A stretch of DNA of 64,000 nt from a virus. Its lineage: Duplodnaviria > Caudoviricetes. The stretch is taken from IMG/VR virus record IMGVR_UViG_2862873970_000001, positions 14,456 to 78,455 of that record; one strand, written 5' to 3'. Below are positions 1 to 7,367 of this stretch, in pieces. The notes beneath the pieces are model-generated. The model worked only from the letters and a program-made list of their open reading frames with translations, had not been told where the DNA came from and did no database searches. Each line of letters opens with the position of its first letter. Position 1 is the stretch's first letter. The position numbers and the translations under genes are program-made.

Positions 1-328
1 GACTTCATGGCGTTCTCCATCGCTGTCGCACAGGTGGGCATTGACTGGTTCTCCGTGCGCGACAAGCCCAAAGATCACGGCCTACAGAAGCTGATCGAGG
101 GCGCCGAGCTTGACGAGTTCGACAAAGGTCGTCCTCGTGGATGACGTGGTCTCTACTGGTGCTTCACTCATGCGCGCCTTCGATGCCGTATGGGATACCG
201 GCGCTGAGATCCTAGCCGTCATGCCTTTAGTGGACCGTGCCGGCGTGGCCGATACGTCTTTCCGCGAACGAGGGGTGCGCTATCACCCACTGTTCACCCA
301 CCATGAGTTGGGAATTGATCCGCTGTAA
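1..328 (+). pseudogene. pyrE: Orotate phosphoribosyltransferase-like (PyrE) gene, 5'-truncated by window edge, with an apparent single-base frameshift near 124-127
   Basis: Frame 1 reads ...WFSVRDKPKDHGLQKLIEGAELDEFDK (PyrE flexible loop); frame 2 continues VVLVDDVVSTGAS (PRPP-binding motif)...LVDR. The join needs removal of one A in GACAAAGGTC. Confidence 0.7.
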
Positions 329-534
329 TGGATCACAAAGAGATCGCCGAAGCCCTTCTAGGCGCCAGCGACGTGTGGGCTCATGGCGGTATCGCACCGG
401 ATGGCCGACCACAAGCCTGGCCTTCAGCCCTCACCCACGCCATCCTGGCCCTGTGTGACCGCCTGGACGCCTTGCCGGCCGTCATCGCCCTAACTGATGC
501 GGAAGAGTGCGAAGAGGGCCCAGAGGACCGATAA
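328..534 (+). CDS. Hypothetical protein (68 aa)
   Basis: Coupled to upstream stop (TAATG); its stop TAA lies in the dif-like site at 527-548. Confidence 0.65.
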   Translation: MDHKEIAEALLGASDVWAHGGIAPDGRPQAWPSALTHAILALCDRLDALPAVIALTDAEECEEGPEDR

Positions 535-548
535 GACGCCTTACGTCA
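527..548 (+). repeat. dif-like site A: ACCGATAA-gacgcc-TTACGTCA
   Basis: Two half-sites with 6-bp spacer, resembling the actinobacterial dif consensus CCGATAA-N6-TTATGTCAA as I recall it. Confidence 0.7.
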
Positions 549-707
549 GGCCTCAGGGAAGTGAACCGAGAGCTTTGCGCGCCCGTCCTGCGCGGCCTCA
601 ACGATGGCGTTCCATTCCGGCTCGGGGACGTCGTACCTGCTCCCGTCCGTGAAACGGACCTCGACATCCCCGTTTCCGCGCCCGATGGCGTAATCGAAAA
701 CCTTCAT
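546..707 (-). CDS. Cassette gene, hypothetical 53 aa (MKVFDYAIGRGNGDVEVRFTDGSRYDVPEPEW...)
   Basis: Not in ORF track; translated by hand. RBS GGGAG upstream; stop TGA within site A. Confidence 0.7.
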   Translation of the reverse strand: MKVFDYAIGRGNGDVEVRFTDGSRYDVPEPEWNAIVEAAQDGRAKLSVHFPEA

Positions 708-726
708 GTCATCTCCCTGTCGAAGT

Positions 727-752
727 GCCGATAATCAAGCGGTCTTATGTCG
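727..752 (+). repeat. dif-like site B: GCCGATAA-tcaagcggtc-TTATGTCG
   Basis: Read directly; 10-bp spacer. Confidence 0.7.
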
Positions 753-942
753 TCTGTTCGGGATGCCAGGCGGCGATGTTGGCGCGCACAGCGCGGTCAC
801 GCGCCGCCAGCGCATCGTTGTATCTCTGTCGAGCCTCATCGACTTCATGCTGCGCCGCTAGCAGGTCAATTAGGGCAGCATCGACTGCCGCATTGGCCTC
901 TAGGCGTTCACGCCAAGTGCGCTCTTTCAGTGTCTCGCTCAT
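745..942 (-). CDS. Cassette gene, hypothetical helical protein (65 aa)
   Basis: RBS AGAAGGG immediately after TTATCGGC; stop TAA is the TTA of site B. Confidence 0.75.
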   Translation of the reverse strand: MSETLKERTWRERLEANAAVDAALIDLLAAQHEVDEARQRYNDALAARDRAVRANIAAWHPEQTT

Positions 943-954
943 GTTGACCCTTCT

Positions 955-980
955 GCCGATAACTGCACGGTCTTATGTCG
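955..980 (+). repeat. dif-like site C: GCCGATAA-ctgcacggtc-TTATGTCG
   Basis: Read directly; matches site B apart from the 5 bases at 963-967. Confidence 0.7.
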
Positions 981-1236
981 GGCTCAGCGGCTTGACGTTG
1001 GGCAGCGCGTAGTACGGATATGCGTCGAACGTGTCGCAGTCGTCCAGCTCGTCATCGTCGGCGTCAAGGTACTCGCGGGACTCGTCAAACTCCCACTGGA
1101 AGATGCCGTCGTCGTTGAAATAGCCGTGGTCGGTGGCGTGCCCGGCAGAATGCTTTGTCCCGATGCGCCCGAACTTGTCCGCGAACGCGGTGCCACTGGG
1201 AATGTCCTCGAAACGGCGGTAGTCATAGTCAGCCAT
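973..1236 (-). CDS. Cassette gene, acidic hypothetical protein (87 aa)
   Basis: RBS AAGGAG; stop TAA is the TTA of site C. Confidence 0.8.
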   Translation of the reverse strand: MADYDYRRFEDIPSGTAFADKFGRIGTKHSAGHATDHGYFNDDGIFQWEFDESREYLDADDDELDDCDTFDAYPYYALPNVKPLSPT

Positions 1237-1260
1237 CTTGGTTCTCCTTGTGATTTGTTA

Positions 1261-1284
1261 GCCGATAACGTTGCGTTTATGAAA
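1261..1284 (+). repeat. dif-like site D: GCCGATAA-cgttgcgt-TTATGAAA
   Basis: Read directly; 8-bp spacer; abuts tRNA-Gln. Confidence 0.6.
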
Positions 1285-1358
1285 TCCGGTGTCGTCTAAC
1301 GGCAGGACGTCGGGCTCTGGACCCGAAGGTTGGGGTTCGAATCCTTGCACCGGAGCCA
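1285..1358 (+). tRNA. tRNA-Gln(CTG)
   Basis: Acceptor TCCGGTG/CACCGGA, anticodon arm TCGGG-CTCTGGA-CCCGA, TTCGAAT T-loop, encoded CCA; T-stem has three G-U pairs. Confidence 0.85.
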
Positions 1359-1429
1359 CCGCTGGCAGTCGGCACACGGACACCGCGCCGGCCAGTTGGG
1401 ACACCGCGGGGCTGCTACCTCCATGAGTT

Positions 1430-1618
1430 TCATTGACACATCCTTTGCACTGTCGGAATAGACATACCAATAGCTTCTGCAAGCTCTTCGTACGTGTGTC
1501 CCGATAACTTCGCTTCCTTGACCGCTTCATTGAGGCCAGCTCGGGTATACGAGGCTTTTTCAGCCTGTTGCTGCCAGATCTTCGCTAGGCGACGCACGCG
1601 GGCAAGATGATCCATCAC
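1430..1618 (-). CDS. Small helix-turn-helix DNA-binding protein
   Basis: GHTYEELAEAIGMSIPTVQRM HTH pattern; start overlaps stop of upstream gene. Confidence 0.75.
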   Translation of the reverse strand: MMDHLARVRRLAKIWQQQAEKASYTRAGLNEAVKEAKLSGHTYEELAEAIGMSIPTVQRMCQ

Positions 1619-1932
1619 TGCCCCACCAGCGTCAGCAGCGTCACGCGCTTCCACCCCATCGGCTCACACGCATACGCTGTTTCGCCGATCACCACGACAT
1701 CCCCAACCGAGAGGCTGCGGTTACCGTTCCTGCGGTATTCCTGCGCCCAGGTTGTCCCAGGATCGTCTTTGTTCAACTGACTGAATACGATCTTCAGCAG
1801 CATCTCGATATGCCCACACGCGGGCAATGAGGACTGGAAAACGATGGCCTCAGTCAGATCGTCACCAGCCGTGTACCCACGAAATGCTGCGGAGTTGTTC
1901 AGCAGAACTTTCACTGTCGCTTTGTCGCCCAT
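1615..1932 (-). CDS. YodL-like domain protein
   Basis: RSLSVGDVVVIGETAYACEPMGW resembles the YodL C-terminal motif. Confidence 0.6.
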   Translation of the reverse strand: MGDKATVKVLLNNSAAFRGYTAGDDLTEAIVFQSSLPACGHIEMLLKIVFSQLNKDDPGTTWAQEYRRNGNRSLSVGDVVVIGETAYACEPMGWKRVTLLTLVGQ

Positions 1933-2375
1933 CAGAGTCCAGCCTCCAGGATCTCCCCGGCCACCTTGGCAATCCTCTCGCCATGCTCGTCGGTGGCCTC
2001 GCAGTGCATCAGCACATAGGACAGGTAGTCCAGCTCTTGATTCATGTCGAACTCGACGCCGGCCATGCCCGCGGCGAAGATGGCGACTGAGTGAGCCTCG
2101 ACCTCATGCAGATCCTCGTTGGCCACCTTCTGCGCCAGCGCAGGTAATGCCGCCCACATCTCTTCGACCGTTTCGGGGAACTTCATGGTGTGCCCGAGCA
2201 GTATATGCGCCATCTCGTGCATGGCCACGAATTCGGGGTAACGCTCCTGCGGGTCTATCGCCACTTCTCGGCCGATGCTGTACCCGCGTGGCTCTCCTTC
2301 CATGGGTCGATAAGGGACTGGCGTGATGTCCAGCCTTTCCATGGCTTTACGGATATCCCATTTTGGTTGAGTCAT
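1932..2375 (-). CDS. Zincin-like metallopeptidase (ArdC-C/MPTase/ImmA-like)
   Basis: HEMAH (HExxH) plus downstream EVEAHSVA; RBS AAGGAGG. Confidence 0.75.
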   Translation of the reverse strand: MTQPKWDIRKAMERLDITPVPYRPMEGEPRGYSIGREVAIDPQERYPEFVAMHEMAHILLGHTMKFPETVEEMWAALPALAQKVANEDLHEVEAHSVAIFAAGMAGVEFDMNQELDYLSYVLMHCEATDEHGERIAKVAGEILEAGL

Positions 2376-2421
2376 GCTAGTCCTCCTTATACTGAGGGTT
2401 GGTAGTTTAGTGAATGACGTC

Positions 2422-2451
2422 AGCTTATCACGTGTGATAAGTGAGACACAA
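2422..2451 (-). promoter_or_regulatory. Predicted promoter TTGTGT-N18-TAAGCT overlapped by inverted repeat CTTATCAC-gt-GTGATAAG (2424-2441)
   Basis: Perfect 8-bp inverted repeat overlapping the -10 and spacer, upstream of the 2375 start. Confidence 0.5.
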
Positions 2452-2662
2452 GACTTATGCCCGACTGAAAAGTACCGACTCCAATGTTTTGCCGACTCGC
2501 CAATGCTATTCAGTTAATGCGCTGTAGCCAGAAATTTTACGGGCCAATTTTGCGCCGATAGATCCAACGATCCCCCACCCGCTGCCACTCCAGGACAGCG
2601 GCAGACAGTGCGCGGCAGCCCGCGAAATGCCACCCATCCGTACGCCTACAGTGCTGACACAT

Positions 2663-2893
2663 CTACGAAATTCCTGCCTTGGCCAATACCATCTGAATGG
2701 TGCCCACGCCGAGACCGGTGGCGTCACGCATCTCTCGAAACGATGCGCCGGCCTGCCTGGCGTCACACAGCAACTTGTTGACCTGGGCGCGCTCATCGTT
2801 GGCCGCGGCCACGGCCGAACGCCAGGTCTGGGTACGCCCACGCAACCGCGACAGAATCGCATCCACCTGGTCGAATTCGTCCGAAACGGTCAT
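2663..2893 (-). CDS. HTH DNA-binding protein (76 aa)
   Basis: GASFREMRDATGLGVGTIQMVL HTH; ATG coupled to upstream stop. Confidence 0.7.
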   Translation of the reverse strand: MTVSDEFDQVDAILSRLRGRTQTWRSAVAAANDERAQVNKLLCDARQAGASFREMRDATGLGVGTIQMVLAKAGIS

Positions 2894-3105
2894 CAGCCAC
2901 ACTCCTTGGTCACACGTCCACAGCGGACTGCTGTATGCACCCCGTGATCCGATTTGACCACATAGAAGCCGTTGCCGGTCTGCTCGACTCGCCCAAACGT
3001 GCGAACGCCATCGCGTTCCCGTACCCACGAGACGCGATCACCGCGGTAGATCCTATCCGGGCTCTCCATGCGTACAGTATACGTACGCTCGTTTGTTGTG
3101 TCCAT
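2893..3105 (-). CDS. Hypothetical protein, SH3-like (70 aa)
   Basis: GDRVSW...FGRVE beta-barrel pattern; in leftward operon. Confidence 0.6.
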   Translation of the reverse strand: MDTTNERTYTVRMESPDRIYRGDRVSWVRERDGVRTFGRVEQTGNGFYVVKSDHGVHTAVRCGRVTKECG

Positions 3106-3153
3106 ACCCTGATTTCCTAGTTGCTGTAGCGAAAATTTTTGTAGCGGAAATTT

Positions 3154-3267
3154 TTAGCCGGCCAGCTCCGACTCGGCCCTCTCCACCGCCTCCTGGTAGG
3201 TGAGGCCCAGATTGGACTGGTACATGCAGACCAGCGCGATAAAGCGTGTCGAGTCGTTCACGTCCAT
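3154..3267 (-). CDS. Hypothetical protein (37 aa, MDVNDSTRFIALVCMYQSNLG...)
   Basis: Hand-translated; RBS AAGGAG. Confidence 0.5.
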   Translation of the reverse strand: MDVNDSTRFIALVCMYQSNLGLTYQEAVERAESELAG

Positions 3268-3461
3268 AGCTCCTTAGCAATCTTCAATGCCTCACGCCGC
3301 ACTGTGGCAGGAATCGTGAGGCCCCGCGCGAGTATCCGCCACCCGCTAGGCCATAGGGACACGCTGAATTCCTCACGCCGGCCGGATTTATGCGTGGCGA
3401 CAAAATCCACACTGGGGATCGTTCCCCACTCCGCGCCGGTAACGTGCAGTGTCCAGCTCAT
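3258..3461 (-). CDS. Hypothetical protein (67 aa)
   Basis: RBS GGAGG. Confidence 0.65.
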   Translation of the reverse strand: MSWTLHVTGAEWGTIPSVDFVATHKSGRREEFSVSLWPSGWRILARGLTIPATVRREALKIAKELWT

Positions 3462-3523
3462 TTACTCACCTCCTAGTCTCAGTGGCATTAGACCGCTCAC
3501 CTGTTTAGATGAGCGATGTAATG

Positions 3524-3709
3524 TCACTCAGATGATTCAATTTTTCGTAGCTCGTAGGGCTCTACGGTGAACTGGTCTCGGCCAGATACATTCTCAACAA
3601 TGGGGAGCCCGGCATCTGGGTCAAATCCAACAAGTTCTACGGTTAGAACCTGTCCCACTTCGTAGCGCTCCGTGTCGCGCTCTGTTGCGATGAAGTGATA
3701 TAGCTTCAT
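3524..3709 (-). CDS. Hypothetical protein (61 aa)
   Basis: RBS AAGGA. Confidence 0.65.
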   Translation of the reverse strand: MKLYHFIATERDTERYEVGQVLTVELVGFDPDAGLPIVENVSGRDQFTVEPYELRKIESSE

Positions 3710-3780
3710 TTCACTGTCCTTACTACTTGTAGTGATGTAACTCCGTAAGGCTCACTAGACACGTAGTGAGCCAAGCGCAG

Positions 3781-4026
3781 TCACAAGCGCGCCACTGTGG
3801 CTATTACTTTCACGTCACCATTACGCCAGACTCTCGAATAGACGTCTCCCACGCGTTGCGGCTGATCTCCCACTAGGATCAATCCGAGACTCCGCGCATA
3901 CTCGCGCGCCAAGCCTTCTGATGCCCGTATACCAGAATTGAACGCATATTTGCTTGCCTCGCCGACTAGCTCGATTTCGTCGCCGCTGACCCGCTCAAGA
4001 GTGACATTTACAGTTGAACGTTTCAT
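3781..4026 (-). CDS. Hypothetical protein (81 aa)
   Basis: RBS AGGAGG; coupled to upstream gene. Confidence 0.65.
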   Translation of the reverse strand: MKRSTVNVTLERVSGDEIELVGEASKYAFNSGIRASEGLAREYARSLGLILVGDQPQRVGDVYSRVWRNGDVKVIATVARL

Positions 4027-4514
4027 CAGTTGTAACCTCCTACATAAGAACCGTTGTCATAGGCGTTAGGACCCGTTGCGAAGTCGGCGAACTTAGTCCG
4101 CTGCACTGCCCGGTCACTGTGGCGCTGATGTAAATGCTTACTCACGGGCAAATAGCTGCCAGGATCCTTATCCCAATCGCTTCCGTGAGGTTGACCGGAG
4201 CAATCGATCTGTCCGGTATACAGGTTGATTTCGCAGCTATCGGGATATGTGATACTTCCGTCGCCGTGACGATAGCCATCGCTAGGTTTCCATGGCTCGC
4301 ACGGCCATTCTGCGAATAGCACGCCGCCATCGTCATAGCAGCCGGCAGGAGCATGGTTGGCATTGTTCGGACCACAGACACGGTTACCGTCGTCAACGCA
4401 CGACCAGCACGGTTCATCTTCCATGCATTTAGCCGTGATGGTCCCGTGGTGGGTCGGAGCTAATCCGAGTGCTCCTACTGCCAGTGCGACACCAATTGCT
4501 TTAATCACTGTCAT
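4026..4514 (-). CDS. Putative secreted Cys-rich protein
   Basis: N-terminal hydrophobic signal; CMEDEPCWSCVDDGNRVCGP motif. Confidence 0.65.
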   Translation of the reverse strand: MTVIKAIGVALAVGALGLAPTHHGTITAKCMEDEPCWSCVDDGNRVCGPNNANHAPAGCYDDGGVLFAEWPCEPWKPSDGYRHGDGSITYPDSCEINLYTGQIDCSGQPHGSDWDKDPGSYLPVSKHLHQRHSDRAVQRTKFADFATGPNAYDNGSYVGGYN

Positions 4515-4620
4515 CTCCCGAATGTGTTTGCATCCATGCAGCGGAGTCCGAGACTTCTAACTCCGCTCCCACGTCGTCTATCAGGTAGTGATAGAACCTG
4601 CTAAGTAGCGCGGGCATGAC

Positions 4621-5025
4621 TCACCTGTACCAGTACGTCACGCCGTCATATTCGACGCTGGTGTAGTCCATTCGCAGCTCGCGCGCGGCACGTTCCCAAT
4701 CGATGCAATTGTGTGGCCACTGCTCCGCGCCGGTAATCGCCCCGATGTCCTCTGCCAACTCTTGCGCGTAGTCCTCGAAATACGAGTCGCGAATCAACGT
4801 GACCGGGTACCAGTCACCGCGCCATTGCTCATCGCCACCGTTGCCGCGCAATTCGTCTAGCAGCGCAGTAAGCTCGGCGTATTCCTCGTGATCATCTTCG
4901 TGACCCTCGTATTCCGCGCCGGCAGACCCGTCGACCACAGACCCGTTTGACGTCTCTTCCAAGTACTCGACGCGTTCGATGATGTCTCGGACATCGATGA
5001 TGTCTTCATAGTTGTCGATTCCCAT
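4621..5025 (-). CDS. ArdA-like antirestriction (DNA-mimic) protein
   Basis: Very acidic; C-terminal YAQELAED...IDWERAARELRMDY resembles ArdA domain 3; start reassigned to ATG 5025 after GAGAAGG. Confidence 0.6.
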   Translation of the reverse strand: MGIDNYEDIIDVRDIIERVEYLEETSNGSVVDGSAGAEYEGHEDDHEEYAELTALLDELRGNGGDEQWRGDWYPVTLIRDSYFEDYAQELAEDIGAITGAEQWPHNCIDWERAARELRMDYTSVEYDGVTYWYR

Positions 5026-5071
5026 TGCCTTCTCTCTTCCCTGAATTGTGTAGGTTGGTAGTCCTATCCCT

Positions 5072-5101
5072 AGTGTAAACCCGTACAGTACCCGTACGCA
5101 A
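5072..5101 (-). promoter_or_regulatory. Predicted promoter TTGCGT-N18-TACACT containing GTACGGGTACTGTAC motif
   Basis: Hexamers and shared motif read directly. Confidence 0.55.
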
Positions 5102-5109
5102 GGAGTAAT

Positions 5110-5307
5110 TTGATTCACAGCGAACCATCAGCAATCGATTGCCTAGAAAAGCGTCTGGAGCTACTAGAGCACCCGACAGGCCCGGTCAAGCTGGTACAGT
5201 TCCACCACAACAGTCCCCAATTGCAGAAGCTCCGCAGACACATCGCGGAGGCAATTGTGATTACGCTGGAATCTAACGGCTACGTGGTGAAGAAACGTGC
5301 GAAGTAA
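5110..5307 (+). CDS. Hypothetical protein (65 aa)
   Basis: AAGGAG RBS before TTG. Confidence 0.55.
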   Translation: MIHSEPSAIDCLEKRLELLEHPTGPVKLVQFHHNSPQLQKLRRHIAEAIVITLESNGYVVKKRAK

Positions 5308-5482
5308 AGACGTCCAGCTCCGCACTATCGAGGTAGCGAAGAAGCTATGCGAATACGCTGGTTGCTCTGTCTCGGCCGAACATTGCGCCGATGACACGGT
5401 TAACCTCATCATTACCGTGACAGGTACTGATGACCATGCCGGCGATCTACTACAGGCTGCGCTGGCGGCGCGGGATGCCTAG
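5297..5482 (+). CDS. Hypothetical protein (61 aa)
   Basis: Overlaps upstream gene; stop abuts convergent gene. Confidence 0.5.
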   Translation: MRSKDVQLRTIEVAKKLCEYAGCSVSAEHCADDTVNLIITVTGTDDHAGDLLQAALAARDA

Positions 5483-5770
5483 TTAAACCCGACTCTCCGC
5501 CATGCGTAGACGGTCGTCACGCTGGGTTATGCGGCGACCTACGACTAGATCGTCATATCCACGCGCGACCAGCTCGCCATGCAGTCCCGCGTATTCATAC
5601 TCGCGAGCTGGCACGGTGGTGTAGTACCAGTCTTTAGAGCATGCGCTATGCTGGCCCAAGTGCGCGTAGCAGGTCATTTCGCGGCCGTTGTATGTCGCGG
5701 CGATCTGCGGAAAGACTGCTACTACCTCGTTGGCCGCTTTGTCCTTGCGGAAGATAACTTTAGTGCTCAT
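5483..5770 (-). CDS. Hypothetical protein (95 aa)
   Basis: TCYAHLGQHS motif; GAGGAG RBS. Confidence 0.7.
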   Translation of the reverse strand: MSTKVIFRKDKAANEVVAVFPQIAATYNGREMTCYAHLGQHSACSKDWYYTTVPAREYEYAGLHGELVARGYDDLVVGRRITQRDDRLRMAESRV

Positions 5771-5883
5771 CGCGCCATACTCCTCACTGCGTTCTGCGCT
5801 GATTCCTTAGTAAAGTAGTGCTGACGTAACCGATGCCCATTCACCACTACGGCATAGACTTGTGGGCGGATCTCGATGACCAT
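5767..5883 (-). CDS. Hypothetical protein (38 aa)
   Basis: Hand-translated; coupled at both ends. Confidence 0.5.
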   Translation of the reverse strand: MVIEIRPQVYAVVVNGHRLRQHYFTKESAQNAVRSMAR

Positions 5884-6134
5884 CACATTCCCCTACCTAC
5901 GGTTACAGACTCGGTAACATCCTTTACCTCGGACCATTCCCGCTCGACAACGGAATCTGTTACTAGAGTCGCGTTACCGATTTCCCACTCAAACTCTTCC
6001 GCTAGCTGTTCGTCATCTGACGAGTCGTAGTCGCGCCCGGGGTGGACAGCGCGAAGTAGCGCTAGCACCTCTTCGCGGGAGAACTCCGAGTGTAAGACTG
6101 TGGTCAACTCGCGGCGGACTGTGAATGTCGACAT
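5883..6134 (-). CDS. Hypothetical acidic protein (83 aa)
   Basis: ORF in leftward operon with AGGGG RBS. Confidence 0.65.
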   Translation of the reverse strand: MSTFTVRRELTTVLHSEFSREEVLALLRAVHPGRDYDSSDDEQLAEEFEWEIGNATLVTDSVVEREWSEVKDVTESVTVGRGM

Positions 6135-6176
6135 GACTTACCCCTATCGCGTAATGGTTGTCTCGCTCATGCCTCT

Positions 6177-6205
6177 ATCGTACGCCTACTGTACGGCAAT
6201 GTGAA
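6177..6205 (-). promoter_or_regulatory. Predicted promoter TTCACA-N17-TACGAT containing CGTACAGTAGG
   Basis: Hexamers and shared motif. Confidence 0.55.
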
Positions 6206-6217
6206 TACCTCACGCAT

Positions 6218-6249
6218 AAAAAAGAGAGCCGGATTGCTCCGACTCTCTT
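6218..6249 (-). terminator. Intrinsic terminator
   Basis: AAGAGAG-CCGGA/TCCGA-CTCTCTT hairpin followed by U-tract on minus strand. Confidence 0.7.
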
Positions 6250-6266
6250 GGTTCCTACCTCCCTCC

Positions 6267-6500
6267 TTATCGCCCCAACTCCCGGTCTAGCCGCTCGGCT
6301 ACGGCGTTTAACCCGCACTCGTAGCAGGTGACGTAATCGTTCTCGCTGCTGTCATACCATTGGCGGTCAGTACTCGCGTCCTCTGCGCTGTCCGCGTCAT
6401 AGTTGGCGTAGTCAATATAAGGCTGCACGAAATGCTCCTCGCATAACGTCGCCTCTGACATCGCCGTGCCTTGATCCGTGATCCGTGAGTACTGTTTCAC
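6267..6500 (-). CDS. Hypothetical acidic protein with Cys pairs (77 aa)
   Basis: CEEH...CYECG; AGGA RBS. Confidence 0.65.
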   Translation of the reverse strand: MKQYSRITDQGTAMSEATLCEEHFVQPYIDYANYDADSAEDASTDRQWYDSSENDYVTCYECGLNAVAERLDRELGR

Positions 6501-6515
6501 GATTTGTCCTATCTC

Positions 6516-6674
6516 CTATCGGCTAATGGGTTCGTTGTCCAGCTGGTTTAGGTAGTCCCCTACCGCTAATGCCAGTCCGATACCAGCGTTAGCCGTGTCT
6601 AATCCGTGCGCGTCGCGGGCTTCGACGTGGTTAAACTCGCGTAATGCTTCCCGTAGCCGCCCTAATGCGTCCAT
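6516..6674 (-). CDS. Hypothetical protein (52 aa, MDALGRLREALREFNHVEARD...)
   Basis: Hand-translated; AGGAGG RBS. Confidence 0.6.
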   Translation of the reverse strand: MDALGRLREALREFNHVEARDAHGLDTANAGIGLALAVGDYLNQLDNEPISR

Positions 6675-6703
6675 GGTGCCCTCCTAGCTGGGTTGGTAAT
6701 TTC

Positions 6704-6733
6704 AGTGTACCCCTACAGTACGCACTCACACAA
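6704..6733 (-). promoter_or_regulatory. Predicted promoter TTGTGT-N18-TACACT containing GCGTACTGTAGG
   Basis: Hexamers and shared motif. Confidence 0.55.
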
Positions 6734-6876
6734 TAGGAATGTCCCCATATGCTTCCCAATGTCAACAATAGTTCCAGCACACGAGCGAAGGTATTCAAGA
6801 ACGCATCCAACACCTGGACCGGCATTCACCGATACCTAGGCGCCCGAGGGTTCGACACTTGGCGTGAGGCGATGAA

Positions 6877-7245
6877 ATGGGCCACTATCAAATTAACGCT
6901 GGTCAATTGAAGCGTCCCCCTAGACCCTGCACAGTGTGCGGACAGCCCGTATACCGACAGGCCCGTTGTCGCACCCATTACAAGCAAGCGGAGAAGCGTC
7001 GTGGGAATAGCTCCGAACGCGGATATGGGTCTCGACACGAGAGAATGTTCCGCCGTCCCGTCCTAATGCGGGATCCAATATGCGTAATGCAGGACTGCGA
7101 TGAACCATCCGTACACGCAGACCACTACCCCTACACCCGTAGGCAGCTAGTGCGTATGGGCCTAGACCCTGATGACCCACAGTACGGGCGTGGACTCTGC
7201 ACCCATCACCACAACCAGTGGACAGCTAGCCAGCCCCGTACCTAG
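6877..7245 (+). CDS. HNH endonuclease (terminase-associated, HK97 gp74-like)
   Basis: PCTVCG...C..H, RGYG, RDPIC...SVHADH...GLCTHHHN; precedes noncoding cos-like region. Confidence 0.8.
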   Translation: MGHYQINAGQLKRPPRPCTVCGQPVYRQARCRTHYKQAEKRRGNSSERGYGSRHERMFRRPVLMRDPICVMQDCDEPSVHADHYPYTRRQLVRMGLDPDDPQYGRGLCTHHHNQWTASQPRT

Positions 7246-7367
7246 AGGGTTGCATGGTGTATCTATCTGCATTACATTCCCACCACTATGAGCGGTAGAG
7301 AGCCGTCGACCACCCGCGTTGTCGTGCTGGTATGAGCTAAAGAGAGCCGCTGTCCCCCTTGACGTTT

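Noticed and set aside
527-1284. Possible CRISPR or mini-array interpretation of the repeats
   Set aside because: Intervals are about 180-280 bp and contain ORFs with RBSs; repeats are bipartite with variable centres; no cas operon
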